From an uncultured Janthinobacterium sp. (GTDB lineage: Bacteria; Vulcanimicrobiota; Vulcanimicrobiia; Vulcanimicrobiales; Vulcanimicrobiaceae), in NCBI GenBank assembly GCA_964658025.1, contig CAZZXB010000037.1:1-22431 (forward strand): 22,431 nt of DNA. Direction: 5' to 3'. The notes beneath the pieces are model-generated. The model was not told where the DNA came from. It made no database searches and was given only the letters and a program-made list of their open reading frames with translations. The position numbers and the translations under genes are program-made. This document shows positions 1 through 8,287 of this stretch, piece by piece (positions within the stretch are counted from its first letter, which is position 1; each line of letters opens with the position of its first letter).

Positions 1-746
1 ATACGGGCGCGCATCTCGCGGACGCGATCCGTGCCGCCAACGCGCTCGAGCCGGACTACGCGATCGTGACGGGCGATCTCGTCGACGACGGTCGCGCCGA
101 GCAATACGAACATTTTCGCGAGATCATGCGCGCGCTCGACGCCCCGTATTTCGCGATCCCCGGCAACCACGACGATCCGATCCGTCTGCGCGAGATCCTC
201 GGCGGCACGGTCGTTCCGTCGGCCCCGGGCGAGCGTTCGCGCTTCACGATCGACGCGTTTCCGATCCGCACGATCGCGCTCGACGTGACGAAACCGCGCC
301 CGGCCCCGGGTGCCGCGATGGACGAACTCTCGTTCGCGTGGCTCGAACTCATGCTCGCCGGCGGCCCGACCCGACCGACGTTACTCGCGGTCCACCAACC
401 GCCGTTTCGGACCGGCCTCTGGTTTCTCGACGCGTTCGGATTCGGCGGCGCGCGCCGCTTACGCAAACTCGTCGAACGCTCGCCGCAGATCGGGCGCGTG
501 ATCTGCGGACACGTGCATTGCGTCCGCACGTCGACCTGGAAGCACGCGCTCGCGACGAGCGCGCCGAGCACGTCGCCCCAGCGCGTTCCGGAGATCTTCG
601 AAACCGCGCGCGTCGCGCGTCTCCGCTCCGAGCGCGCGGGTTTCGCCGTTCACGACTGGTCGTTTTGGAGCGGCTTCCGAACGACCGTCTATCGACGCGG
701 CGACGACGGCACGTTCGTCGCCGCCGAAACGCCCGCGCCGCGCTGA
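1..746 (+). CDS. Calcineurin-like metallophosphoesterase, GpdQ/CpdA(Icc)-like; 5'-truncated
   Basis: Frame is open from position 3 (TGAHLADAIRAANALEPDYAIVTGDL). Motifs TGDLVDDG, PGNHD, HQPP and CGHVH. The first DxH motif would lie upstream of the window. Confidence 0.88.
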   Translation, partial: TGAHLADAIRAANALEPDYAIVTGDLVDDGRAEQYEHFREIMRALDAPYFAIPGNHDDPIRLREILGGTVVPSAPGERSRFTIDAFPIRTIALDVTKPRPAPGAAMDELSFAWLELMLAGGPTRPTLLAVHQPPFRTGLWFLDAFGFGGARRLRKLVERSPQIGRVICGHVHCVRTSTWKHALATSAPSTSPQRVPEIFETARVARLRSERAGFAVHDWSFWSGFRTTVYRRGDDGTFVAAETPAPR

Positions 747-756
747 CGCGAGGCGA

Positions 757-1713
757 TCAGCGGCCTTCGATCTCCGCCACGTCCGCGTCGTCGAGTCGGA
801 ACGACGCCGCGCCGAGCGTCCCTTCGACCTGTTTCGCCGAGCGACCGCCGACGATCGCCGCGGTCACGTAGGGATTGTGGAGCGTCCAGGCGATCGCGGT
901 CTCGCCGGGCGAGCGCCCGTGTCGCGCGCCGACGGCGCGCAACCGTTCGACGAGTTCGAGATTCTCGGAGAGTTTCGGCTCGCGGAACTCGTCGTTGTTC
1001 TTGCGCCAATCGTTGTCGGGGAGATCGCGCGCGCGTTCTCTCGTCATGCTCCCCGTGAGCAAACCCGATTGCATCGGCGCGTAGACGATCACGCCGAGAT
1101 CGTGCTCGCCGCAGTACGGGAGGATCGCCGCTTCGACGTCGCGCTTCACGAGCGAATACGGCGGTTGCAACGTCTCGACGGGATGGATCTTCTCGGCGCG
1201 TTCGAGTTCCTCGACGTTGAAATTCGAAACGCCGATGTGGCGCACTTTGCCGGCCTTCTGCAACTCCGCCATCGCGGCCCACCCCTCGTCGATCTCCGCG
1301 ATCTCGTCGGTCGGCCAATGGATTTGATAGAGATCGATCGCCTCGACGCGGAGTCGCCGGAGGCTCGCCTCGCACTCGGCGACGATCGACGCGCGCGAGA
1401 TGTCGTCGCGCGCGGTCCCGTCGCCCGCTTCGACCTGACCGCACTTCGTGAAGACGTACGGCCGATCGCCCATCCCGTCGAGCGCCTTCGCGACGACTTC
1501 CTCGGAATGTCCGAATCCGTAGACGGCCGCGGTGTCGATCCAGTTGATGCCGCCGTCGATCGCGCGACGGATGGCGGCGATCGACTCGGCGTCGTCCTGC
1601 GGTCCCCAGCCGAATTTCCAATCGCCGCCGCCGACGGCCCACGCGCCGAAGCCGAGTCGCGTGATGCGCAGGTCCGTGCGCCCGAAGCGCACCCGTTCGA
1701 GAGTATCCGGCAC
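757..1713 (-). CDS. Aldo/keto reductase
   Basis: LGFGAWA, GINWIDTAAVYG, TKCG, SLRRLRVEAIDLYQIHWP, GKVRHIGVSNF, QPPYSL. GGAGG RBS upstream of the GTG start. Confidence 0.95.
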   Translation of the reverse strand: MPDTLERVRFGRTDLRITRLGFGAWAVGGGDWKFGWGPQDDAESIAAIRRAIDGGINWIDTAAVYGFGHSEEVVAKALDGMGDRPYVFTKCGQVEAGDGTARDDISRASIVAECEASLRRLRVEAIDLYQIHWPTDEIAEIDEGWAAMAELQKAGKVRHIGVSNFNVEELERAEKIHPVETLQPPYSLVKRDVEAAILPYCGEHDLGVIVYAPMQSGLLTGSMTRERARDLPDNDWRKNNDEFREPKLSENLELVERLRAVGARHGRSPGETAIAWTLHNPYVTAAIVGGRSAKQVEGTLGAASFRLDDADVAEIEGR

Positions 1714-1743
1714 GTCGTGCCTCCGTTTCTTACGCCGTCGCCC

Positions 1744-2835
1744 TTACCCAGCCGAGCCGGGATCCACGTCGGCGCGGACGCGCGGGAGGCCCGAAGGATC
1801 GAACTCGGCGCCCGTCATCCAGCGGATGAAATATTGGTAACTCGCGTAGCCCGCCCTGACGTGATTCGACTTGAGATACCGATCGTACGCGACGCGTTGC
1901 ACCCGTGCCGCGCGGACGTCGAGGTGGCGGAGGACGCGCGCGCGGATCGAGACGATGTCGTCGTAGGCGAGACGGCCCATGCGGTGCGTGATCTTCACGC
2001 CGGGCGGGAGGTTGAACCACACGAGCAGCCACCCCGAGTAGACGAGCAACGGATCGTGCGAGCGCGTACAGGCGAGGACCGAGATGAAATTCGCCTCGGC
2101 TTCGTCGTTGAATCCGCTCACGTGCGCCCACTCGTGCGCGTAATACGCCGGGAATTCGTACGGCGTGGCGTTCGCATCGACGTTGATCTCGTGCGTCCAC
2201 GGATCCGTGAATCCGGCCGTCGCCGTCCATTCCATCATGCGTTGAAATACCGTCGGCTTCACGCGCGGCGGCGCGAACGTCGCGCGATCGCCGAAGCGCG
2301 CGATCGTCGTCTCGAACGTCGGCACGAGTTCGTCCCCGACGCGCGCGCGCGAGAACGCGACGCGATGCGCGGCCGGCGCGTCGCGCGTCAGCCGATCGAC
2401 GAGCCGGTCCGCGAACGCGGCGACCGTATCCTCGTCCGTCCGCTCGTCGTGGACGACGATCTTCCGCGCGAGCGGGACGCGATCGTATCCGAGTCCCCAC
2501 GACCCCAGAAACCAGACGAACACGAAGGCGAGTGCGGCGACGATGCGCAATCCCGCGCGAGCGGCCGCCCGGACGCGATCGCGTCGCGCCGCGCGACGGA
2601 TCGCGACGATCGGATAGCGCACGAGCCAGACGAGCGCGACGAAGAACAGCACGTCCCCGAGACAGAACGGCAACGGTCCCGTGAGCGCGCGGATCGCGCG
2701 GTCGACGTGCGGATAGGCGCCGTTCGCGTAGGCGCGCTCGACCCAGAGCGGAGACGGCCGGATCGCGATCGCGACGATCGCCGCTCCGATCGCGACGACG
2801 TCGAACGCATAGGGGCGCAGGCGCACTCGGGCCAC
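1744..2835 (-). CDS. DUF3810-like membrane-anchored putative zinc metallopeptidase
   Basis: N-terminal hydrophobic helices, WGLGYDR, GFTDPWTHEIN and HEWAH...DEAEANF (HExxH plus downstream Glu). GTG start at 2835 or 2826; the ORF extension to 3270 is antisense to the Nudix gene. Confidence 0.8.
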   Translation of the reverse strand: MARVRLRPYAFDVVAIGAAIVAIAIRPSPLWVERAYANGAYPHVDRAIRALTGPLPFCLGDVLFFVALVWLVRYPIVAIRRAARRDRVRAAARAGLRIVAALAFVFVWFLGSWGLGYDRVPLARKIVVHDERTDEDTVAAFADRLVDRLTRDAPAAHRVAFSRARVGDELVPTFETTIARFGDRATFAPPRVKPTVFQRMMEWTATAGFTDPWTHEINVDANATPYEFPAYYAHEWAHVSGFNDEAEANFISVLACTRSHDPLLVYSGWLLVWFNLPPGVKITHRMGRLAYDDIVSIRARVLRHLDVRAARVQRVAYDRYLKSNHVRAGYASYQYFIRWMTGAEFDPSGLPRVRADVDPGSAG

Positions 2836-2877
2836 CGTTTGTGGGGTCGCGTCGCATCCCTTTCGAAGCAACGCTCG

Positions 2878-3423
2878 ATGCTCGAAGCGGCCGTCGTGGT
2901 TCCCATCGTTCGTAGGCCGGAGCCCGCGCTCGTCTTCGTCCGTCGCGCGGCGCACCTCCGCCGCAATCCCGCGCAGATCGCGTTCCCGGGCGGGATCCTC
3001 GAGCAGGGCGACCGCGACGCGCGCGATGCGGCGCTCCGGGAGTTCGAGGAGGAGCTCCGCGTCTCGCGCGCCGCCGTCCGCCTGTTCGATCGCCTCCCCG
3101 ACGTCACGACCCTCGCGCTCTCGGTGACGATCGCGCCCTTCGTCGGGTTCGTCGACGCACCCGATTCTTTCGATTTCGACGTCGCTGAGACGGAGAGCGT
3201 CCACGAGGTAGCGCTCGCGGAGCTCTACGCGCCGGGCGCGCTCCACGAGGGCATCGAGCGCGTCGAGCACCTCGGTCGCGTGCGCGACGTGCCGTCGTGG
3301 TTATTCGATCGCCCCGGCGTCCACGTCTGGGGCGCGACCGCGCGCATCCTGCATCTGCTCACCACGCGCTACCCGACCGAGGACGATCTCCTCGCTCGCG
3401 ACCGGCGGGACCGCTCGCGTTAG
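2878..3423 (+). CDS. Nudix hydrolase, CoA pyrophosphatase (NudL/Pcd1-like)
   Basis: ATG at 2878. AAVVVP, FVRRAAHLRRNPAQIAFPGG, Nudix box ...AALREFEEEL, and C-terminal VWGATARIL. Confidence 0.9.
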   Translation: MLEAAVVVPIVRRPEPALVFVRRAAHLRRNPAQIAFPGGILEQGDRDARDAALREFEEELRVSRAAVRLFDRLPDVTTLALSVTIAPFVGFVDAPDSFDFDVAETESVHEVALAELYAPGALHEGIERVEHLGRVRDVPSWLFDRPGVHVWGATARILHLLTTRYPTEDDLLARDRRDRSR

Positions 3424-3441
3424 CGGCTCGCCGAAAGATCC

Positions 3442-3470
3442 GCGACGTCCGGATCGGGTCCGAACGTCGT
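3442..3470. terminator. Imperfect hairpin between convergent genes, possible terminator
   Basis: CGACGT-C-CGGAT / GTCCG-A-ACGTCG inverted repeat; no U-tract. Confidence 0.3.
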
Positions 3471-4627
3471 TACGCCTCACCCGCGCGCGAACGGCCGCCG
3501 CCGACGAACGAGCCCGCGACGATGCGGCGCGCGACCGCGTCGCGGAGATGGTCGAGCCCGCCGCGGACGATCGGCCGCTCGAAGGCATACGTGAGCCCCG
3601 CCGAGACCAAGATCGTCATCGTTCCGGCGAGCACGAAGACCACGGGCGGCGGCAGGCCGAGATTCGCGACCGCGACCGCGACCTCGAGATTCCACAGATA
3701 CGCGTTGTACGAGATCGTGGAGAGAAACGCGAGCGGGCGTAGCGTGACGAACGTCCGGAGCGCCGGAAAACCGAAGATCACGCCGAGCGTGAACGCGAGG
3801 AGCGACGGCCCGATCGCGGTCCGCCAGAGATTGAGCCAGCGATGCATCGCATCGTCGCCGAGCGCGCGCGCCGCATCGACGCCGTGGAGCCCGCCGAGCA
3901 TGACCGCGGCGGCGACGACCGCGATCGCCGTGGCGATTCGCGGATCGGGCCGCGTGCCGTCGCGGACGGCGACGTAGGCGAACGCCGTCATCATCCCCGC
4001 GCCGAACACGTCGATCACGCCCGGGAGCTGGTTGACCCAACCGAAATCGCCGTCGACGCCGAAGAGCATGAGCGTGAACCGATACGCGAGGGCGCAGATC
4101 ACGAACGACGCGTAGAGCGTGAGCGGCCGTTTCCGAATCCACGGTGCGAGGACCGCGAACACCACGTAGAATTGCATCTCGATGCCGAGCGTCCAGAGCG
4201 GTCCGCTGAACGCGCCGAAGTACGGAAAGTAAAACGTGTGGACGAACGCGAGGTGCGCCGCCAGATCGCCGAACTCGTCGAGCGGGCTCGAGAAATGCGT
4301 CCGGTAGACGAGTGCGAAGACCAGGAGCGCGAGCACGTACGACGGCACGATCTTGAGCAATCGTTTGCGTACGAAATTTCGTAACGTCGGCGACGGGAGC
4401 CCGTCGTGGCGCGCGCGCGCGTACGGATAGCAGATGCAGAATCCGCTGACGAAAAAGAACAGATCGACGCCGAGAAATCCGTTCTGCGAGAGCGCGGCGA
4501 ACGGCCCGGGCAACGGAACGACGTAGCCGCTCACGAGCCAGAGGTGATACCAGATCACGAGAAGGATCGCGAACCCGCGAAGCCCGTCGAGCGTCGTGAG
4601 CCGATCCGAAATGCTTGCCAGACGCAT
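3470..4627 (-). CDS. Acyltransferase-3 family (OafA/YrhL-like) membrane O-acyltransferase
   Basis: LDGLRGFAILLVIWYH, GVDLFFFVSGF, RLLKIVP, LWTLGIEMQFY, ISYNAYLW, FERP; many hydrophobic helices. ATG at 4627 preferred over the longer ORF start. Confidence 0.93.
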   Translation of the reverse strand: MRLASISDRLTTLDGLRGFAILLVIWYHLWLVSGYVVPLPGPFAALSQNGFLGVDLFFFVSGFCICYPYARARHDGLPSPTLRNFVRKRLLKIVPSYVLALLVFALVYRTHFSSPLDEFGDLAAHLAFVHTFYFPYFGAFSGPLWTLGIEMQFYVVFAVLAPWIRKRPLTLYASFVICALAYRFTLMLFGVDGDFGWVNQLPGVIDVFGAGMMTAFAYVAVRDGTRPDPRIATAIAVVAAAVMLGGLHGVDAARALGDDAMHRWLNLWRTAIGPSLLAFTLGVIFGFPALRTFVTLRPLAFLSTISYNAYLWNLEVAVAVANLGLPPPVVFVLAGTMTILVSAGLTYAFERPIVRGGLDHLRDAVARRIVAGSFVGGGRSRAGEA

Positions 4628-4724
4628 CGGTGTACCGGCGAAGGTTAGTCGTCTCGGAACGTCGCTCCGCTCGTCGATCTCGGTCTCAACGGCCCTCACC
4701 GAATCCTACGTTCGTTCCGCGCCG

Positions 4725-5573
4725 CTACCGTTTGGCGAGCGCGCCCGGACGGGCGCTTCCGGTGATGCCCTCGAGCGCGTCCATCCACGTCCGGGCCACG
4801 AGCGCGTAGCCGCCCGGTCCGCAGGGATGGATCCCGTCGGGAAAGTGCGCCGCGTCGCGCGGGACCGCGTACGCCATCGCCGGGACGAACGCGACGTGGA
4901 ATCCGCGGCTCGCATACATCGCGACGACGCTCGGGACGCTCGGTCCCGGCGCGTCCTTGGCCGGGAGGCTTCCGTCGAAATCGGCGACGTCGTCGGGATC
5001 GAGCCGCGGACTGTCGACGACGCCCGCGACGAGGACGGTGACGGTCGGTTTCAACCTGAAGATCTCGTCGAGTTCTTGGTTCATGCTGAACACGACGTTT
5101 TCGAGCGTGTAGCCCTCGCTGCCGCGGGCCTTGCGGAGCAGATCGTTCGTTCCGGCCATGAGCAGGATCACGTCGGGATCTTCCGCGGCGATCGCCTTAC
5201 GCGTGACCGATCCGAGTAACTGCGGGGCCGGATCCGATGGAAACGAGCGCAGGACGTACCCCGGCCAGCCGTCGTGTTTGCGCTGCTGGAGATTTCCGGA
5301 GTAGTCGCTCCGGTCGCCGACCATCTCGTAGCGATAGCCGTCCTGATCGAGGAGGCGCACGAGCTCGCGCCGATAGCCCGCCGAGCCCGTGTCGCGGCCC
5401 TGCGGACCGACGCCCGCCGTGATCGAATCGCCGAGCGTCATGATGCGCGTCGGTCCCACGCGGGCGACCCAGGCCGTCGTCTGTGCTCGGACGGCCGCGG
5501 GTGGGAAAGCGAAAGAGATCGCCACCAAGAACGAAGCGATCTTCACGCAGGACGTTCGAAGCCGCGCGATCAT
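4725..5573 (-). CDS. Secreted SGNH/GDSL-family hydrolase (esterase)
   Basis: Signal-peptide-like N-terminus (AVRA-Q), LGDSIT, GTND and DGIHP. Alternative GTG start at 5546. Confidence 0.9.
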   Translation of the reverse strand: MIARLRTSCVKIASFLVAISFAFPPAAVRAQTTAWVARVGPTRIMTLGDSITAGVGPQGRDTGSAGYRRELVRLLDQDGYRYEMVGDRSDYSGNLQQRKHDGWPGYVLRSFPSDPAPQLLGSVTRKAIAAEDPDVILLMAGTNDLLRKARGSEGYTLENVVFSMNQELDEIFRLKPTVTVLVAGVVDSPRLDPDDVADFDGSLPAKDAPGPSVPSVVAMYASRGFHVAFVPAMAYAVPRDAAHFPDGIHPCGPGGYALVARTWMDALEGITGSARPGALAKR

Positions 5574-5587
5574 CTCTCTGTGGTTTT

Positions 5588-5660
5588 CGGTAAGATTCCG
5601 CGGCCTCCCGGCATCCTCGCGTCCACATTTACGGAAGCTTTACCGGCTACCGGCCAGGAG
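5588..5660 (+). promoter_or_regulatory. Putative -10 element and RBS for the lipid kinase operon
   Basis: TAAGAT at 5591-5596 in the divergent spacer; AGGAG at 5656-5660 before the ATG at 5670. Confidence 0.35.
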
Positions 5661-5669
5661 TCACGTCCG

Positions 5670-6560
5670 ATGCGGACCCGCGTCATCATCAACGACCGAT
5701 CGAGCCGGACCGAGAAGCATCTCGCGGATCTGCCCGAGCGACTCCGCGCGCGCGGGATCGATTTCGATTCCATCGACGTGTGCGCGGGCGAGAAGCGCTT
5801 GCGTAAACTCGTGAAGCGGGCGGTGCGCGACGAGATCGAGGTGCTCGTCGTCGGCGGCGGCGACGGCTCGATGGCGACGGCGGTCGACGTGTTGGCGCAC
5901 GCGAAGACGGCGCTCGGCGTGCTCCCGCTCGGCACCGGCAACAGTTTCGCGCTCACGCTCTCGATCTCGGACGATTTCGAGGCGGCGCTCGACACGATCG
6001 CCGCGGGTCGGATCGAGCGCGTCGATCTCGGAACGATCGACGATCGCTACTTCGCGAATTTCGCCGTGATCGGACTCTCGGCCGAGATCGCGGAGAACGC
6101 GCCGCACGCGCTCAAGCCGATCATCGGCCCGGCCGCGTACGTCGTGGGCGGCATCGCGCCCTTCGCACGCCATCGCCCGTTCCGCGCGCGCGTGAAGTAC
6201 GACGGCGGAAAGCTCGACATCGAAACGAGTCAGATCGTCGTCGCGAGCGGCCGATTCTTCGGCAAACAACCCGTCACGCCGGACGCCTCGATCACGGACG
6301 GTCGGCTCGCCTTCTTCGCAAGCGAGGGCGGCTCGCGCTTCGACGCGGCGAAAACCTATCTCGCCTTCGCGCTCGGCGCGCAGACCCTGCTCCCGGGCGC
6401 CCACGTCTTCTCCGCGAAACACGTCTCGCTCAAGACCTCGCGCCGTCAGCCGATCGCGATCGACGGCAACGCATACGGCAGGACGCCCGCGAAATTCGGC
6501 ATCGCGCGCGGGGCGCTCCGCGTGATCGTGCCGACGAGTTTCGCGGGGACGGGGGCGTGA
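5670..6560 (+). CDS. Diacylglycerol/lipid kinase family protein (YegS/BmrU-like)
   Basis: VIIN, VGGGDGS, LPLGTGNSFA, VDLGTID, GRFFG, IDG; AGGAG RBS. Confidence 0.92.
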   Translation: MRTRVIINDRSSRTEKHLADLPERLRARGIDFDSIDVCAGEKRLRKLVKRAVRDEIEVLVVGGGDGSMATAVDVLAHAKTALGVLPLGTGNSFALTLSISDDFEAALDTIAAGRIERVDLGTIDDRYFANFAVIGLSAEIAENAPHALKPIIGPAAYVVGGIAPFARHRPFRARVKYDGGKLDIETSQIVVASGRFFGKQPVTPDASITDGRLAFFASEGGSRFDAAKTYLAFALGAQTLLPGAHVFSAKHVSLKTSRRQPIAIDGNAYGRTPAKFGIARGALRVIVPTSFAGTGA

Positions 6561-7147
6561 TCGCGCTCTGCGTCGCGGCTTTCGTCGCGTGTGCCGCGCT
6601 CGGGGCGTACGTCTCGTCGCGCACGCCGACGCGACTCGATATCGAAGCGACGGCGCTGCGCGGCGACGCCACCTCGCTCGCGATCTTTTTCTCCGCGCTC
6701 GGCCGCTGGAAGGCGGTCGTCGCGATCGCCGCCGTCGCGTACCTGCTCGCGCTCGCATCGCACGCGGATCCGCGACTCGTCGCATGGCTCTTCGCGTCGC
6801 AGGTGCTCGGACAGGCCGCGAGCATGGCTTCGAAACGCCTGTTCCGACGCGTGCGGCCCGACGGCTGGCTCGTGCGTCAGGAACGCGACCTCTCCTATCC
6901 GAGCGGGCACTCGACGACGGCGATCGTCTTTTTCGGCGGCTTGCTCGCGCTCGTGCTCGCCGATCTCGCCGCGCCCTGGTACGCACGCGACGCGGTCGCC
7001 GTCCTCCTCGCGATCTGCGTCGTCGGGATTCCCTGGTCGCGCCTCGCGCTCGGAGCGCATTACGCGACCGACGTGATCGGCGGACTTCTTTTCGGCATCG
7101 GTTGGCTCAGCGCGAACGCGTGGCTCTTCGCGCGTTCCTTCGCGTGA
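6557..7147 (+). CDS. PAP2-family membrane lipid phosphatase
   Basis: KRLFRRVRP, SYPSGHS and SRLALGAHYATDV motifs; GTGA overlap with the upstream stop. Confidence 0.93.
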   Translation: MIALCVAAFVACAALGAYVSSRTPTRLDIEATALRGDATSLAIFFSALGRWKAVVAIAAVAYLLALASHADPRLVAWLFASQVLGQAASMASKRLFRRVRPDGWLVRQERDLSYPSGHSTTAIVFFGGLLALVLADLAAPWYARDAVAVLLAICVVGIPWSRLALGAHYATDVIGGLLFGIGWLSANAWLFARSFA

Positions 7148-8193
7148 CCGAGACGATCGACGTCCGCGCGGGCGAGGAACTCGATCTCGACGCGCTCGAG
7201 CCGTATCTTCGCGAACGCTTGCCCGAGACCGCGGGTCGCTTCGCCGTGCGGCAGTTCGGCGGCGGGCACGCCAACCTCACGTATCTCGTCGCGTTCGGCG
7301 ATTCGGAATACGTCCTGCGCCGGCCGCCGCTCGGGCCCGTTCCGCCCGGGGCGCACGACATGCGGCGCGAATACGCGGTGCTCTCCCGGCTCGCTCGCGC
7401 GTTTCCCTACGCGCCGCGGGCGTTCGTGTCGTGCACCGATCCCGCGATCCTCGGCGTCGATTTCGTCGTTATGGAACGCCGGCGCGGCGAGGTGATCCGC
7501 ACGACGTTGCCGCCGACGCTCGCCGGCGATCCGGACGCGCGGCGCCGACTCGGCGAACATTTCGTCGACGTGCTCGCCGCGTTGCATGCCGTCGCGTACG
7601 CGGAGATCGGACTCGCGGAACTCGGTAGGCCGGACGGATATCTCGCGCGCCAACTCGCGGGTTGGATCCAACGTTGGAACGCGGCGGAGACGCCGGGGCG
7701 CGTCGATGCGGGTCCGCTCGCCGCGCGGCTCGCGGAATCGATCCCCGTTTCGGGACCGCCCGCGATCGTGCACAACGATTACAAACTCGATAACGCGATC
7801 GTCGACGAGCGCGACCCGGCGCGGATCGTCGCCGTCCTCGATTGGGATATGTGCACGATCGGCGATCCGCTCGTCGATCTCGGATACGTGCTCTCCCTCT
7901 GGCCGGAGCCGGGCGAGCCCGTCGCGCCGGGCGTCGGGACGATGCCGACGGCGGTTCCCGGCTTTCCCGCTCGATCCCGACTCGTCGAACGCTACGCGCG
8001 CGCGAGCGGTCGCGACGTCTCGCGGATCGGGTGGTATCACGCATTTAATATTTTTCGTTACGCCGCCATCGCGCAACAAATCTACGCGCGCTTCGTGCGC
8101 GGGCACACGCGCGACGAGCGATTCCGTCATTTCGACGTCGGCGTGACCTCGCTCGTCGCCCGCGGGATCGCGCTCGTCGACGGAGGTCTTTGA
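7144..8193 (+). CDS. APH-like phosphotransferase (ACAD10/11 N-terminal-like)
   Basis: GTG at 7144 overlaps the PAP2 stop. QFGGGHANLTY, VLRRPP, AHDMRRE, HNDYKLDN and LDWD...GDPLVDLG. Confidence 0.9.
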   Translation: MTETIDVRAGEELDLDALEPYLRERLPETAGRFAVRQFGGGHANLTYLVAFGDSEYVLRRPPLGPVPPGAHDMRREYAVLSRLARAFPYAPRAFVSCTDPAILGVDFVVMERRRGEVIRTTLPPTLAGDPDARRRLGEHFVDVLAALHAVAYAEIGLAELGRPDGYLARQLAGWIQRWNAAETPGRVDAGPLAARLAESIPVSGPPAIVHNDYKLDNAIVDERDPARIVAVLDWDMCTIGDPLVDLGYVLSLWPEPGEPVAPGVGTMPTAVPGFPARSRLVERYARASGRDVSRIGWYHAFNIFRYAAIAQQIYARFVRGHTRDERFRHFDVGVTSLVARGIALVDGGL

Positions 8194-8218
8194 CGCGCGA
8201 CGCCTTTCGTGCGATGAT
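8190..8218 (+). promoter_or_regulatory. Putative sigma70-type promoter for the helicase
   Basis: TTGACG (8190-8195), 17 nt spacer, GATGAT (8213-8218) preceded by TG-N (extended -10). Confidence 0.45.
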
Positions 8219-8244
8219 GCCGATAACTCCGCGCGATCTTTCGA

Positions 8245-8287
8245 GTGTTCGATTGCATTGCGCACGCACGCGAAAGTAGTCGAACAT
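8245..8287 (+). promoter_or_regulatory. Leader hairpin covering the helicase initiation region
   Basis: GUGUUCGAUUGC (8245-8256) pairs with GUAGUCGAACAU (8276-8287), 12 bp with 3 G-U pairs; inner UUGCG/CGCGA stem. Confidence 0.5.

Noticed and set aside
877..2877. N-terminal part of the 848-aa + strand ORF (apparent Nudix fusion)
   Set aside because: It is the antisense shadow of the AKR and DUF3810-like genes; only 2878-3423 has family motifs.
5588..5645. CGGTAAG..TTCCG / CGGAA..TTTACCG inverted repeat
   Set aside because: Short interrupted arms with a loop of about 30 nt; not distinguishable from chance.
6589..7143. N-terminal extension of the 534-aa phosphotransferase ORF
   Set aside because: Alternative frame of the PAP2 gene; the GTGA-coupled start at 7144 fits the family.
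7144..8193. Aminoglycoside resistance gene
   Set aside because: Motifs fit the ACAD10/11-like metabolic branch of the APH fold.
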